Assembly (NCBI RefSeq): GCF_037042905.1
Contig: NC_087246.1
Coordinates: forward strand, 15,314,001 to 15,378,000
Length of the DNA stretch: 64,000 bases
Direction: 5' to 3'
From: Lytechinus pictus
Taxonomy: Eukaryota
In this document: piece after piece, positions 39,126-50,830 of the stretch
How positions within the stretch are numbered: the first letter of the stretch is position 1
Layout of the letters: every line of letters begins with the position of its first letter
Notes under the pieces: model-generated
Databases searched by the model: none
What the model saw: the letters and a program-made list of their open reading frames with translations, nothing else
Told to the model about the DNA's origin: nothing
Made by a program: the position numbers and the translations under genes

Positions 39126-40982
39126 GAATATTCCCCAACCCAGTATTAAAGGGAATAGCCCAAGTCCAAATGGTTCAACATAAAATACATGTACACAGTT
39201 GAAACTCAGTGGCTGAAAATCTCACACAGAAGAAAAGTTTAATTGTAAGCGGTGCATATTGCTTGTTTTTGCAGACTACATGAAATATCATACATTTCCC
39301 AAATGATGCATCTATATGTATTTGGAGTGTGCATGTGTGTGGATGTGTGCATGCTTTAAAAACCTAGATTGGTGTTTAAACCTTGAAGATGTTTAGAAAT
39401 AGAATACTATGTGAAGCGCATGGACCAGGAGTACCCGGTACTACCTGCCATAACAGGATTTCATTTGATATGTTTATTTTTGTTTCTCTTCAACCATATT
39501 GTCATTTTGAATGTTGCTTGATCCAATGTTCTTGAGACTGTTAGACGGATGAATGAAAATCCAGTAAGTTCAAAACAACAAAAAACTCACTGCAAGTATA
39601 TGGGATTATCTACTGTATTTGCTTTTTATTGGAGATGTATAACATAGAACATTGATTTAGAGAACCAAAACATGATTAAGTTACTGATGCATATGAAATT
39701 AAACATTTTTAACTTTCCATAGCAAAAGTATTATGTAAAAAGCATGGTACAAAGGATATGCGTAAAAATGAACATGTTTTTATATTTTCATATGAGCAAT
39801 GTACTATAATGACAATAATCAACTTCAACTGGAATAATTCTGTACATGTGCATGCTTATGTACATTTCATATTTTGCATTAATATTTCGTTTGACATGAA
39901 TTCATTAGTAAATGTTGAATTTGATTGACTGTCTAATGGTTTTGACCTCACCTCTCTTAGTCTGTCTCTCTCTAATATTTGGCATCTTTACCTCCAGATT
40001 TACAAATTGAATATTTAAGCTGTTTAGTAAATCTTACATGTTCTAGAAGCATTTTTCATCAACGATACTGCCTTTTGAATATCTATTTCAATAATAATCA
40101 CAGAACTACAGTTTATATAAGTTATAACATAATCATTTCCATATGAAAGCATACATTTAAAATCTTCATTACTGAATTCAATATCCTTCTGTATGAATGC
40201 TACAGGGAAAGGGAACTTTCTTAAAATGAATACAAAGTGCATGCTTGTCTACAGATTATGAATCAAATCACAACATGATTGGATATTTGAGGAATATATG
40301 CAGTTGGACAATCAGAGGTTGATGTCACATGTACTGTATATCACCCACAAATTGAGTTTGAAAGTCACATTAAATTGAGCCTTGTAGAAAATGTTTAGTA
40401 AAGAAATAAAGGATTGTACAAAAGTGGAGTATAATGGAGCAAACTCACAAATTTTGACATTACATTGACTTTCATGTGTTTTGAATGTACACTCTTTTGA
40501 ATTTAAAAAGGATCATTCTCCTAACTATATCTTGAAAAGCCAAAAAATGATTCATGTCAACATGATTACACAAGCAAGTAATATGAGGTTCGAAGATGTA
40601 CCTTAAAGTTTAATTTGGGCCTCAAATTATTTGATTTTCAGAAAAACGTAACAAATTATACAATTTGTTTTCACAGGCATGTGGCCTTTATATAGCAGAT
40701 TCCTTTTTTGCCTAAATCCCCAACCTATCCCTAGTCATGGGTGGAAACCTTTCCTTTCCCTTCCTCCCCCCCCCCCCCCCGAGAAATTTCCTGATTCAAG
40801 AGTTGTCGCAGAAGTACCCCTAGGGAGGTAATGTTGTCACTCCATAGTAAAGTTTTTTGAGCTGTACTCAAAACTGAAAAATGGAAGGCTCAAGACAAAT
40901 AATATGGAGAGTGAAGTTGCCATCAGTCAGAGGTCATGTATTATTGACAATTTCAAATGAATATGTGCTGTTTAATAGTTAA

Positions 40983-41583
40983 AGGACAAGTCCACCCCAA
41001 CAAAAAGTTGATTTGAATAAAAAGAGAAAAATCCAACAAGCATAACACTGAAAATTTCATCAAAATCAGATGTAAAATGAGAAAGTTATAACATTTTAAA
41101 GTTTCGCTTAATTTCACCAAACAGTTATATGCACATACCGGTTGGTATGCAAATGAGGAGACTGATGACGTCATCCACTCACTATTTCCTTTGTATTTTA
41201 TTATATGAAATATTCAAATTTTCTCCTCATTGTCAAGTGAAACAACGATTATCCTCCCTGAACGTGTGGAATTAGCATTGTTTGATACTACACTGTATAT
41301 GGTTCAGTCAAGTTGGTCCTTATTGTCAAATCTGTAAAAAATGAAATATTGTAAAATTCAAACAATTAAAAACAAAAGAAATTGTGAGTGATGGACATCA
41401 TTGACTGACCCATTTGCATGTCACTGAGTTGCGCATATCACTGTTTTGTGAAAAATAAGCGAAACTTTAAAACGCCATTACTTTCTTACTTTACATCCGA
41501 TTTTGATGAAATTTTTAGCAATATGCTGGTTTGATTTTTGTCTATTTATTCAAATCAACATTTTCTTTGGGTGGACTTGACCT
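40983..41583. mobile_element. Kolobok-like MITE
   Basis: TTAA TSDs (40979-40982, 41584-41587); TIRs AGG(A/T)CAAGTCCACCC. Confidence 0.8.
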
Positions 41584-42110
41584 TTAAGTCCACCCCCTTC
41601 CCCTCACCAAAGAAAAATATTTGATTAAAAAAAGGAAAATTTAATTATCAAAATTGCATGTAACATATTTTTTATATAAAAAAATCATAAAATGTTAGAG
41701 TTCTGCTTCTTTGCACAAACAGTGATATGCACATCATTGTATCATTTGTATTCAATTTCAAAAATTTTTACTTAATTTTTTTTCTCTTATGACAAAAAAT
41801 ATTATCTTGAAATCTCATAGAACATGTCACATGTAAATCATCATTTCATGTGAAATTCCTCTCAAATCTTTCCAAATTAAAAATTAAAAAAAATATATTT
41901 TATATAATAAAACAAAACAAGTGGTTGTCTTCATCAGCTCCCTCATTCTCTTGACAGCTTGGATGTCAATGTCAATTTTATATGAAACTGTTTTGTAAAA
42001 ATTTGCAAAAATCTATAATGTGACAGTTTTCAATTTTGCTCAAATTTTCTGTGTAACATTCTTTATGTCTCCTTGCATAATCAATAATCCAGGTTAAATC
42101 AAAATTCTGT

Positions 42111-42409
42111 GGCCCATATTCTAAAATCTGGTTTAAATTAGGCCATGGTCTAACATTGTGCTAAAATTATGGGAAGCCCACAATATTAAAATTGCATTTA
42201 TGTTACGTTTCATATCTTTACTTGGCTCTTTTCTCATGTTATAGTGAAGAGAACAATTTCAGTAATTATTCAGTCAGTAAAATGTATGAATAACTTGTGT
42301 CAAATGAGCTGACAAATTGTACTGTTCAATGTACTTCTCACAACTGGCTATCCATAGCGAAACCACATAGACCAGAGTGTGAATTAAGCCCAAGTTCAGA
42401 ATGCTGGCC
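42111..42409. mobile_element. Degenerate MITE
   Basis: Imperfect TIRs GGCCCATATTCT / AGAATGCTGGCC. Confidence 0.4.
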
Positions 42410-43112
42410 AAGGTGTTCAGAAACCATGGTACAAATAAGTGCTTGGAAATCAAATTAATGCAGAATACAATGAAATATTTCAAAAAGTCAAAGTCAAAAA
42501 AGGTAAGCATCAACAGGACAAAGGCTAATCAAGATCAATTATAGATTTAACTTTTATACCTACTATCTACTTCTCACATTTTTAAACTGGTAATTGACTG
42601 CAGTCTCTGTGTTACAGGGCCTAGGGGTAAGTATTGGAAAGTAAATATTGCAAAAAGTTCTGTTAATACCCAGAACATATATGGTTATGATCGAAATGTT
42701 CACATACACCTATTCTGTGGGAAGAACAATATTTTACTCAAATTTCCATTTTAAGAAGAGTTGAGTCTCTGAATGATTAGTGACACACACTTGGACATTC
42801 ATAGTCCAACATTCCAAAAGCAATCAAGAGGGATAAACAGTTACATTCATTAGTTTTCTTTTTTTAATCGGTTGTATAATCTTTTGGACCAAACTGTAAG
42901 TAACTTTTCAACATACATAATTATATAATACTCAAGTATATAGTCCTCTGGAGCTGTTTCATGCGGCTGTTTGTAGACTTATAACTTAAAAGCTGTATGA
43001 GTGTCTGGAATATGGCAAGCCAAATGTGGGCCTCAACATGCAGATGTTGAATGAGATTTTACCGTTAAAACACATTTTCATGGAAAGTACAGTTTTGCTG
43101 AAATACAATTGA

Positions 43113-43224
43113 AACGGGCAGATCCAGGATTTTGCAAAAGGGGGGGGGGGGGACACATTTTCCTGAGAAAAAATTTGACAAGCAAGCAAAAAAAGGCTTT
43201 GCCGCCCCCCTGGATCTGCCAGTG
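43113..43224. mobile_element. Short MITE
   Basis: GGCAGATCCAGG / CCTGGATCTGCC inverted ends. Confidence 0.55.
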
Positions 43225-43665
43225 AATTGAAATTATTTAAAGTTAAAGTAATTTTTTTTTTATATGTCATGATTCATTAAGCTTAGGTTCATATTTTGAC
43301 TTTTCATGTTCCAGTCTGTCATACATGTACATGTCATGTGATACTTTAAGAAACAACCCTTGACATTACACATGTTCAAAGCACATGGAAACATACGATT
43401 CATTTGAGGCCCTACATGTATGTCAGGGATAACATAGGCTAGGAAAATATTTACTGATATTAAATTGTGTTGGGACAGGTTTTTTTTCAAAGAAATCACA
43501 CAATTACTACTAGGCCATGATTATAAACGGAGGTTTCATATTATGCAGTGTCTACAATGAAGTATTAAAAAACATCAGCCAATGAGATTAACTTTCCTGA
43601 TGTTCAAATATAAGGTACACATGCTCTCTTGAATATAGAGTCCACAAAAAAATCCAGGATGCTCT

Positions 43666-45801
43666 TCATTCTTGGGATGTACTGGACAGTCCTCCTTGAG
43701 CTCCATCTACATTGGATGTCCCAAGTTCATGAGCAGGCACCCCTGTACTATCATCTTGCATGGGATAGAACAAAGCTGCAGATGTATCAGCAAGTGTGGC
43801 TTTCTTTGGCGTACGCTTGCGCCTCGACTGCTTGGACTTTGAGTCCTTCTTATCACTCTTGTCACCTTTCTTTTCACTCTTTGGTGACTTTGATTTTACC
43901 TTCTTAAATTTGACCTTGAGAGGCGAGTTGCTGTTGCGATCGGGACTCTTTCTCTTCTTTCCTGTCATCATCTGCGCTGATACCAGCTGCTTGGCAAGAT
44001 TCTTCTTGAACTCCAAGGTGCACATCTTGCGTGTACCAGACAGAGAGCCATGGTTTGCATTCATGTAGGTCTCCTTCATAATGATATATGCGTTGGCCAT
44101 ACATGTGTCAAAGATGAACCAGAATAGATAGTGCCACCATTTGTTGGAGGTGCGAGAGGAAGGATACTCAAGACGAAGCTGGTTGGCGTGTGATACACCA
44201 TGAAGATATTTGTTACAGTTAGACATTGCTTGGGGACAAGGGACTGGCTTTACCCAGCCATCTCGCTGTTTCCTGGTCACATTGTCAGTTACTGTAGCAT
44301 CATCTGCTGTTGACAGCACATGAACAACTCGCTTGTCTTTCCAAGCATATGCGCAGGTATTGCCCTTCTGAACAACTGCGGATTGACCATGTTGTGTAAA
44401 AGACTTGGACCCAAGCTGAGCCTCTGGAAAATCCTTGCGGTCAGCTTTGACAGTTCCCCGTCCCCTGATTCCCAGGTCAAATAGTCTCTCCAGGAGATAA
44501 GGACTACAGAAGAATCCTTTCATGTTAATTATGGCATTAGAATTATGGAGATCCTTGGTGAGATCTAGCACCACTCTTGCTGCTAACCCACCTTCCATTT
44601 TTCCTGCCTGTGACTTGCCAGTATAGAATTGAAAGTCATTCACATAACCATTAGTGGAATCGGCTCTCATCCACACTTTGATCCCTACTGTTGAACCATC
44701 AGCTGATCTCTGCCGCCAACCTAACTTGCCTTTGTAAGTAATTATAGTTTCATCAATACACAAGTTCTGGTGTGGATTGTACGATTCTTTGATAGTGTGT
44801 AGAACTGTGTCCAGAACTGGGCGAATGGCATGAAGTTTATCATGATCTGGAGCAGTCACAGGCGGGTTTGTGGTCATGTCATTAGCACTAAAGTTCCTTG
44901 CTATGTTCTGAAAGCGATTCTTAGGCATGATCTGCGAACAAGCCAGGTTACCAAAGAGCCAATCAGTGGACCAGTACATATCTTGATGAGGGAGGCTAAG
45001 AATGCTCATATAGATGCGAATACCAAGATAAGCTTTCATTTCTGTCAGAGTCAGTGGTTGCCAATGCGCATTGGCTTTATCACCTTGGCTTTGTTCTGCA
45101 AAGCGATTAGTCTCTATCATTAATTGCTCAATGAGTGACTCAGGGAATAGCAAGTTAAAGTAGTCCAGCTCTGGTGTACCAGGTGGAAACAATATCCCCG
45201 GTCCTGGCTGGACAGCATTGAATGGTGGGGGTGGAGTAGCTCTGACTTGATGAGTCCAACCAGATGGCTGATTGGCTTGCTCATTCCTTCCCTTGTGTGC
45301 AGAGGAAGCTGTAGAAGTCGGTGCTCCGACTGTGGAAGCAGGCGGCGGAGGTTGGCCACGAGGAGGCATCTGGAGACCATGAAATGGCATGTGGGAAGCA
45401 CCTTGGGAACCCATGTCAGCAGCCTGCCTTGCTGCTTGTTGGGCAGCCTGCTGCACCAATCCCAGTCCTATGCTCTGGGCAAAAGCTTGCTGGATCATAG
45501 TAGAATTAAACATCTCCCTCCTGCTACCATCTAAGTTTGTGTATGTCTTCTCAATGTCCGATCCACCGCCTTCAGATTGTTCATCAACACTGATGTCATC
45601 GGAGTCTATATCTGAACAGTCAAAAGGGACAGGAGGATGCATCATAGAGCCAGTTCCACCCATGTTGCCTCCCATGTCTGGTCCCATGTTGTGCTGCATG
45701 TTGGGGGGTACATTTTGCATACCACCAGGCATGCCCCCTTGACCCTGGCCTCCCCTGGTAGTATCATAAACACCACCTGCCAACTGCTGAATATTCGCCA
45801 T
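43666..45801 (-). CDS. piggyBac transposase-derived protein (PGBD4-like DDE_Tnp_1_7 fold), ~711 aa, catalytically degenerate, nested antisense in a BCKDK intron
   Basis: Uninterrupted ORF with piggyBac motifs YFNLLF..IETNRFA, W.PLT..EMKAYLG, DKLHAIRP, LCIDET, GIKVW, GTVKADRK, WKDKRVV.VLST, KWWHYLF. Acceptor polypyrimidine-TACAG|G lies immediately before the ATG at 45801. Confidence 0.92.
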   Translation of the reverse strand: MANIQQLAGGVYDTTRGGQGQGGMPGGMQNVPPNMQHNMGPDMGGNMGGTGSMMHPPVPFDCSDIDSDDISVDEQSEGGGSDIEKTYTNLDGSRREMFNSTMIQQAFAQSIGLGLVQQAAQQAARQAADMGSQGASHMPFHGLQMPPRGQPPPPASTVGAPTSTASSAHKGRNEQANQPSGWTHQVRATPPPPFNAVQPGPGILFPPGTPELDYFNLLFPESLIEQLMIETNRFAEQSQGDKANAHWQPLTLTEMKAYLGIRIYMSILSLPHQDMYWSTDWLFGNLACSQIMPKNRFQNIARNFSANDMTTNPPVTAPDHDKLHAIRPVLDTVLHTIKESYNPHQNLCIDETIITYKGKLGWRQRSADGSTVGIKVWMRADSTNGYVNDFQFYTGKSQAGKMEGGLAARVVLDLTKDLHNSNAIINMKGFFCSPYLLERLFDLGIRGRGTVKADRKDFPEAQLGSKSFTQHGQSAVVQKGNTCAYAWKDKRVVHVLSTADDATVTDNVTRKQRDGWVKPVPCPQAMSNCNKYLHGVSHANQLRLEYPSSRTSNKWWHYLFWFIFDTCMANAYIIMKETYMNANHGSLSGTRKMCTLEFKKNLAKQLVSAQMMTGKKRKSPDRNSNSPLKVKFKKVKSKSPKSEKKGDKSDKKDSKSKQSRRKRTPKKATLADTSAALFYPMQDDSTGVPAHELGTSNVDGAQGGLSSTSQE

Positions 45802-47662
45802 CCTGTACATGGAGAAATAAAAAGTATAACTTTTTAAAATTATTTCCATTCATTTTTCCGGGTTTATCTATTTGAATATTATCATTTGCTGAATTCCCCC
45901 GTGAATATTTAAATTTGAAATATCTCTAATTCTTTTATTCTGCAGAACAAAAGTAATGGAATTGAGCCATATAATTTATCTTACTGTGGAAAGTGTTTGT
46001 TTCTTGTCCAGCAGAAGTGCCTCTTATTATTTTGGGGGTCAGGTACATGTAGAGTGGTAGACCTTACCTAACTGAGCAATACCACTTATGACATCAAGGT
46101 GCAATGGTTGAAAAACGCTTTGACAAATTGTGACCTCCCAAAATGGTATTGGAATAATTTCATTGAAATGTCTTGAAAACACCCATATTTTAAAAAATTA
46201 TCCCGGACTGTGGAATATGAATGAATGCACAGACCAGTTTTGAATGTATCCAGGACCGACACAAAGCGTTTTATAGTTGATTTATAGTTGGATCAGTTTT
46301 CAAATTGATTGTAGTAATCATTCTGACATTCTTTAAAAAATAATGATATCTACATGTATTTCCCGCCCAATCTCCCTCCTGGCCTGAATTATTTAGCATT
46401 AAATTGGGTTGGAGTATAAAATTCAAATTTTATTCTTATCATTTTGTTTTGTATAAGGTTTTTTTTTTTTTTTTTAAGGAGTTAAGCGGGAGAAAGTTTG
46501 AACAGAGTAAGAAAAATAGTAGAAATATGTGCATATAAAAGTTGCACTCTTTACCTAGAGCTATGGAAATTTCAAATTAGCCGCATAGGCCAATGGGACT
46601 TTAGGTAGCAACCCCTTAATTTGCTCCAATACACTAATTGACAAATATACATGTACGGTATATATATATATTTTTTTTTACAAACGTTTTTTTTATTGGC
46701 AGAATCATGTTTTACTAAGACTCTAGAGCACTGAAAAATATATCCGTAGATACATGTTTGTTAGACCCAACCTATTCCTACAATGTATGGCCCTGCATCA
46801 TCTGCATGGAAAGCAGGGGGTGCTGTATAAAAAAAGCTGCACATGGCCATAGTGAAGGCAGCATCCCCTGGATGTTGTTGGCCATTTGTATATGCTAATT
46901 TGACCAAAATCAGGGAATAATTTTGCTTTACAAAGTTGAATAGCATTTTTTGTCATATGAGAAAAGCTCTCAACTAGCTAGGTAATGTACATGTACTACA
47001 GTCCTGTAAAAATATGCTTGCTATGTAAGACTTTATGCATAGCAGTACCGGTAGTCTAAAAAAGTGGAGCAAATTGCGATGCGATACCAGGAAAATTATT
47101 CCTTGAAAATCAACTTATTTTTGGAGCAAACCCCCCCCCCCTTTTTTTTTTTTTTTTTACTTGCTTGTCCATTTTTTTCTGAATGATGAATCTGACCAAA
47201 GGCAAAGAAAAGTCAAGAGTAAAGTCCAAACAAAAAAAGCAACTTCATTTTTAATTTTAGAGTGAAAACTTATTTTGGCCAAATTTGGGGCTTTGTCCCA
47301 GGCTAACCCCACCCCCCCCCCCCAACATTCAGTGAAGTCTGTACTACTTTATAAGACAAATGAACGTGATCGCGACCCTGACATGCATGTCCATGGTCCA
47401 TGACCATAGCCATCGATGGCATGAGGAGTCACGTACGCCCAGCCTTCGTCCCAATTGAACGTATGGGACTACATCATAAACTTACAGCATCTCTACACCA
47501 GAATACACGTAGATAATTACATGCACGGAGTCGGAGTCGTGAGGGTTAAACTCCCTGGTATAAAACTGATTTGTCTTTCTTTACTTGTAATCTTTTCATG
47601 ACTTACAAGGCATTGATTACGGGGAAATACTAGGGCTTAAACATATTATTTAATATTCTTAC

Positions 47663-47780
47663 CTGAAGGATATGCGAAGGGTTAAAAAGTGTAATTTGTG
47701 GCATCCACATTCAGTTTCCGCTGAAGTCTATCACCGCCATTGCCTTGGCTCAGCTAGCCCATTATAGCTTAGGCGTACCG
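47663..47780 (-). promoter_or_regulatory. Putative promoter and non-coding leader exon of the piggyBac-derived gene
   Basis: CAG|GTAAGA donor at 47663, YY1-like CCGCCAT (47734-47740), local CpG enrichment. No in-frame ATG after splicing to 45802. Confidence 0.5.
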
Positions 47781-48788
47781 CCGGTACGTACGTATTATGC
47801 ATTATTTGCAGACACGGAAAACACTGCACAAACTTTGTGTATGCATAAACTCAGATCATCGTGTACACACGTACATGTACCAGTACCAGGGACTTTAATC
47901 TTTATTGTTGTCCATTCTGCAGGCCAGGCGGAGCGGTTTTGTAAGTGTGGGGGGGGGGGGGGGGGGGGCTGACCATGCAAAAAATCATAATCAGGGTCAG
48001 TTTTACGTTTTTATACACAGTTTTGGAAAAAAAAGTGCGGGGCCCCCGTAGCCCCCCCCCCCCCGTTTCCGCGGCCCCAGTTTAGGTGTGCACTGTTTAG
48101 GCAAGCAGGGTAGAGCTGATAAGGATTTGGGGGCCAGGCTTTTTTCTGACATTCAGGCATAACATAGGGGGGAAGCGGAGGGGGTCTATTTCTTAGAAAG
48201 ACCCCTATCGCCGCCAGGAAAAACTCCCAAAAGGCATTACTTTGATTAAGATAAAAGGGAACATGGTGTATCCCTTCCCTACCCCTGGGCAAATGAAAAA
48301 AAAGTGTTTTTTGTACATTATATTCAGACTTACTGTAATATTTAACTACATTCGAATACTCCAAAGAATATTTATTTTATGAATTGTTTCAAATAGACCA
48401 GTTTATTATTTTATTAAATGATATGCGTCATTGGCCCGAAAGAAATATTATTCTAGACAAAATGGGGTTAAAATAGGCCTTGAGTGATTCTCCGACAAGA
48501 ATGTAATGCATGCAAAAAACAGGAATGAAAATTTAGTGGCCGCGGTGGGGTGGATCTAGTGACCATAAATCGACTATATAGTGTATGTCCTGCGTTTGGT
48601 GGAGCTATTTATTACATTTATTTATTCATGGACTTGGAATGTTTGTGATTTGAAAAAAAAAAAACATGTTGCGTTTTCAGGTCTACCTGAAATGGTGCAC
48701 CAAGTCAAAAGAACGAACAACTCACTATTGCAAAAAAAAAAAAACGAAAATTTAGTGTATAAAACGAGGATTAAACTCACCAGACAAG

Positions 48789-50321
48789 CAGTGGCGTAAC
48801 AGGCGGGGGGGGGGGCAGGGGGGGCAAGCTGCCCCCCCTGGCGGAGCTCACCGGGAAAATAAAAAAAAACGGGAAAAAGAAAAAAAAAGGGGGGGAAGAA
48901 AGGGAAAGGGAAAGGAAAGAAAAAAGGGGGAAGGGAAAGGAAAAGGGAAAAGAAAACTAAGAAAAAACATAAAAAAGGGAAAACGGAAAGATAACGGGAA
49001 AAGGAAGGAAAAAGAACAAGTGACAAAGAACAATTCGCCCCGATATATAAATACATTAGCATGATTAGTAAGACAGGGAAATAAATTAAAGATGACAAAA
49101 AGGCAAACAAAAGCGGGAAAAAAAGGCAGAATGGAATTAGCCAAAATCTAAATTGGAAAATAAAGAATAGGGACAAGATAACGTACACTACCGGGCTGCC
49201 GAGGATTGAGATAACGAGCGGGAAGAAAAATGGATGGTATATAGCATAATGTCGTATGAAAGTCTATCATAAACTTGCTAAATCTCCAAAGGCTCTGTCC
49301 AAGAGTCAAGACCCCGTGCAGTGGGGGCTCTTCATCTGTAACCTTCAATGGGTTCTATAACGGGCCCCTATATGGACCCTTCCTGCATTAAGCTTTACGT
49401 TGAAGCACTGGCGTACCGGGTGTGGTTCCACAGCCAATGGGAAATAAAAGAAAGGAGGCAGCGAAATGAGATGAATGAAAAAAAATATATGACATGATAT
49501 TTGCTATAATGATGTAAAAATCTATCACATAATTAGAATTTCATTTTAACAGGCCTTTTTTTTCTGGCTCGCTTCGCTCGCTGGCAACTTTTTACAAATT
49601 TTCCCACATTTGCTATGGTGTGCACCTCACAATATTTGGATGATTACGATACACAACTGCATTGAATTTATGTGTTGTGTTAAAGCTATATAAATATACA
49701 CGCAATTTGATTAAAATAAGTGGCCATCTATAAGGTTTAAAATGGCTTTGAAATCAAGAGGTTCCGGGGCTCTGCCCTGGACCCCACCCATAAAGCACTG
49801 TTATATGGATGAGTTTGGACCCTGGCCCCAAAAGTTCTACAACCAAACAAACAAAATGAGGAAAGAAAGGAAAGTGTATTATATTTTTCTGAATATCACG
49901 TTTAAAATCTATCTTCATGTTAGATTCTCATGAAAATGTGATTTTTTTTTATCTCGCTCGCTTCGCTCGCTCGGGACCTATATTAAGCTACTCCTTGCCA
50001 AAAGCGCCATACTCGGCCCCCTCAAGCATATAGAGCTTCGCCCTGATGCTGACAATCATAAGTTCATAACAAAAATCCTGTTCACCGTGGCGTACAAAAA
50101 AAGAAAGAAAAAAGGAAAGAGAGGAGGGTGAATATGATATCATCTTTTTAACATTATGTCAAAATCTATCACAAAATTTGATTTTTTTCGCTTATTTGCC
50201 CGATACGCCATATCGCCCCCTCAAAATTGTTGCCTTATGACGCCATTGCCTGTTCAATGATATGACCGGGAAATTTTTGGCTCTTGCCCCCCCCTGGCCA
50301 CCGACCCCTGTTACGCCGCTG
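48789..50321. mobile_element. Non-autonomous hAT-like element
   Basis: TIRs CAG(T/C)GGCGTAACAGG with a perfect 8-bp TSD CAGACAAG (48781-48788, 50322-50329); internal A/G-rich tract. Confidence 0.85.
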
Positions 50322-50690
50322 CAGACAAGGAAATTTCAAGTAACACAGGTGCTGATCGATAAATGATCACTATACTTGCGTTCTTTCCATTTCTTTGAAT
50401 AAGATTTTCAACATCTGGGATACCATTCAAGGAAGTTAAACATACTACCGAAACTTTTTTTTTCCCTTTTTTTTTCTAAGTGAATAAGATGACTATAATC
50501 GGGTTTAAATTAATCTTTTGTTTAGGCTTGCATATACCAGAGATGCACTTGAGATTTCATGACCATGCAATCAAATCCAACTTTGGATAGCTGCAAATAA
50601 TTATGTCCAGCAAACTGGTGGGGTCGATCAGCGGCCACAGCTCTTTTGTTGACGGCGGGGGAAATACAAAAGGAGGAAGAATAATTGTAA

Positions 50691-50691
<1 letters not shown>

Positions 50692-50733
<42 letters not shown>

Positions 50734-50830
50734 CAGTTCTTGTATAGCGCATATCACGATTATGAATAATGTCTCTATGCGCTTGCAAAGGACTTGGATA
50801 TTATTACCCCAGCTGTAGCTTGGCAGCCGT
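50692..50830 (-). mobile_element. SINE/LINE 3' tail with (AAT)n microsatellite
   Basis: About 13 AAT units followed by TATAGCGC...ATTATTACCCCAGCT, related to the 28 kb SINE tails. Confidence 0.55.

Noticed and set aside
43666-45801. Active piggyBac transposon or BCKDK-PGBD fusion protein
   Set aside because: The triad is degenerate, there is no CRD or TIR pair, and the ORF is antisense to BCKDK so it cannot fuse by cis-splicing.
45802-45849. ORF-track N-terminus MEIILKSYTFYFSMYR of the 727-aa ORF
   Set aside because: It corresponds to the polypyrimidine tract and acceptor; the true start is likely the ATG at 45801.
48622-49188. 188-aa Phe-rich ORF
   Set aside because: Low-complexity A/G tract inside the hAT-like element.
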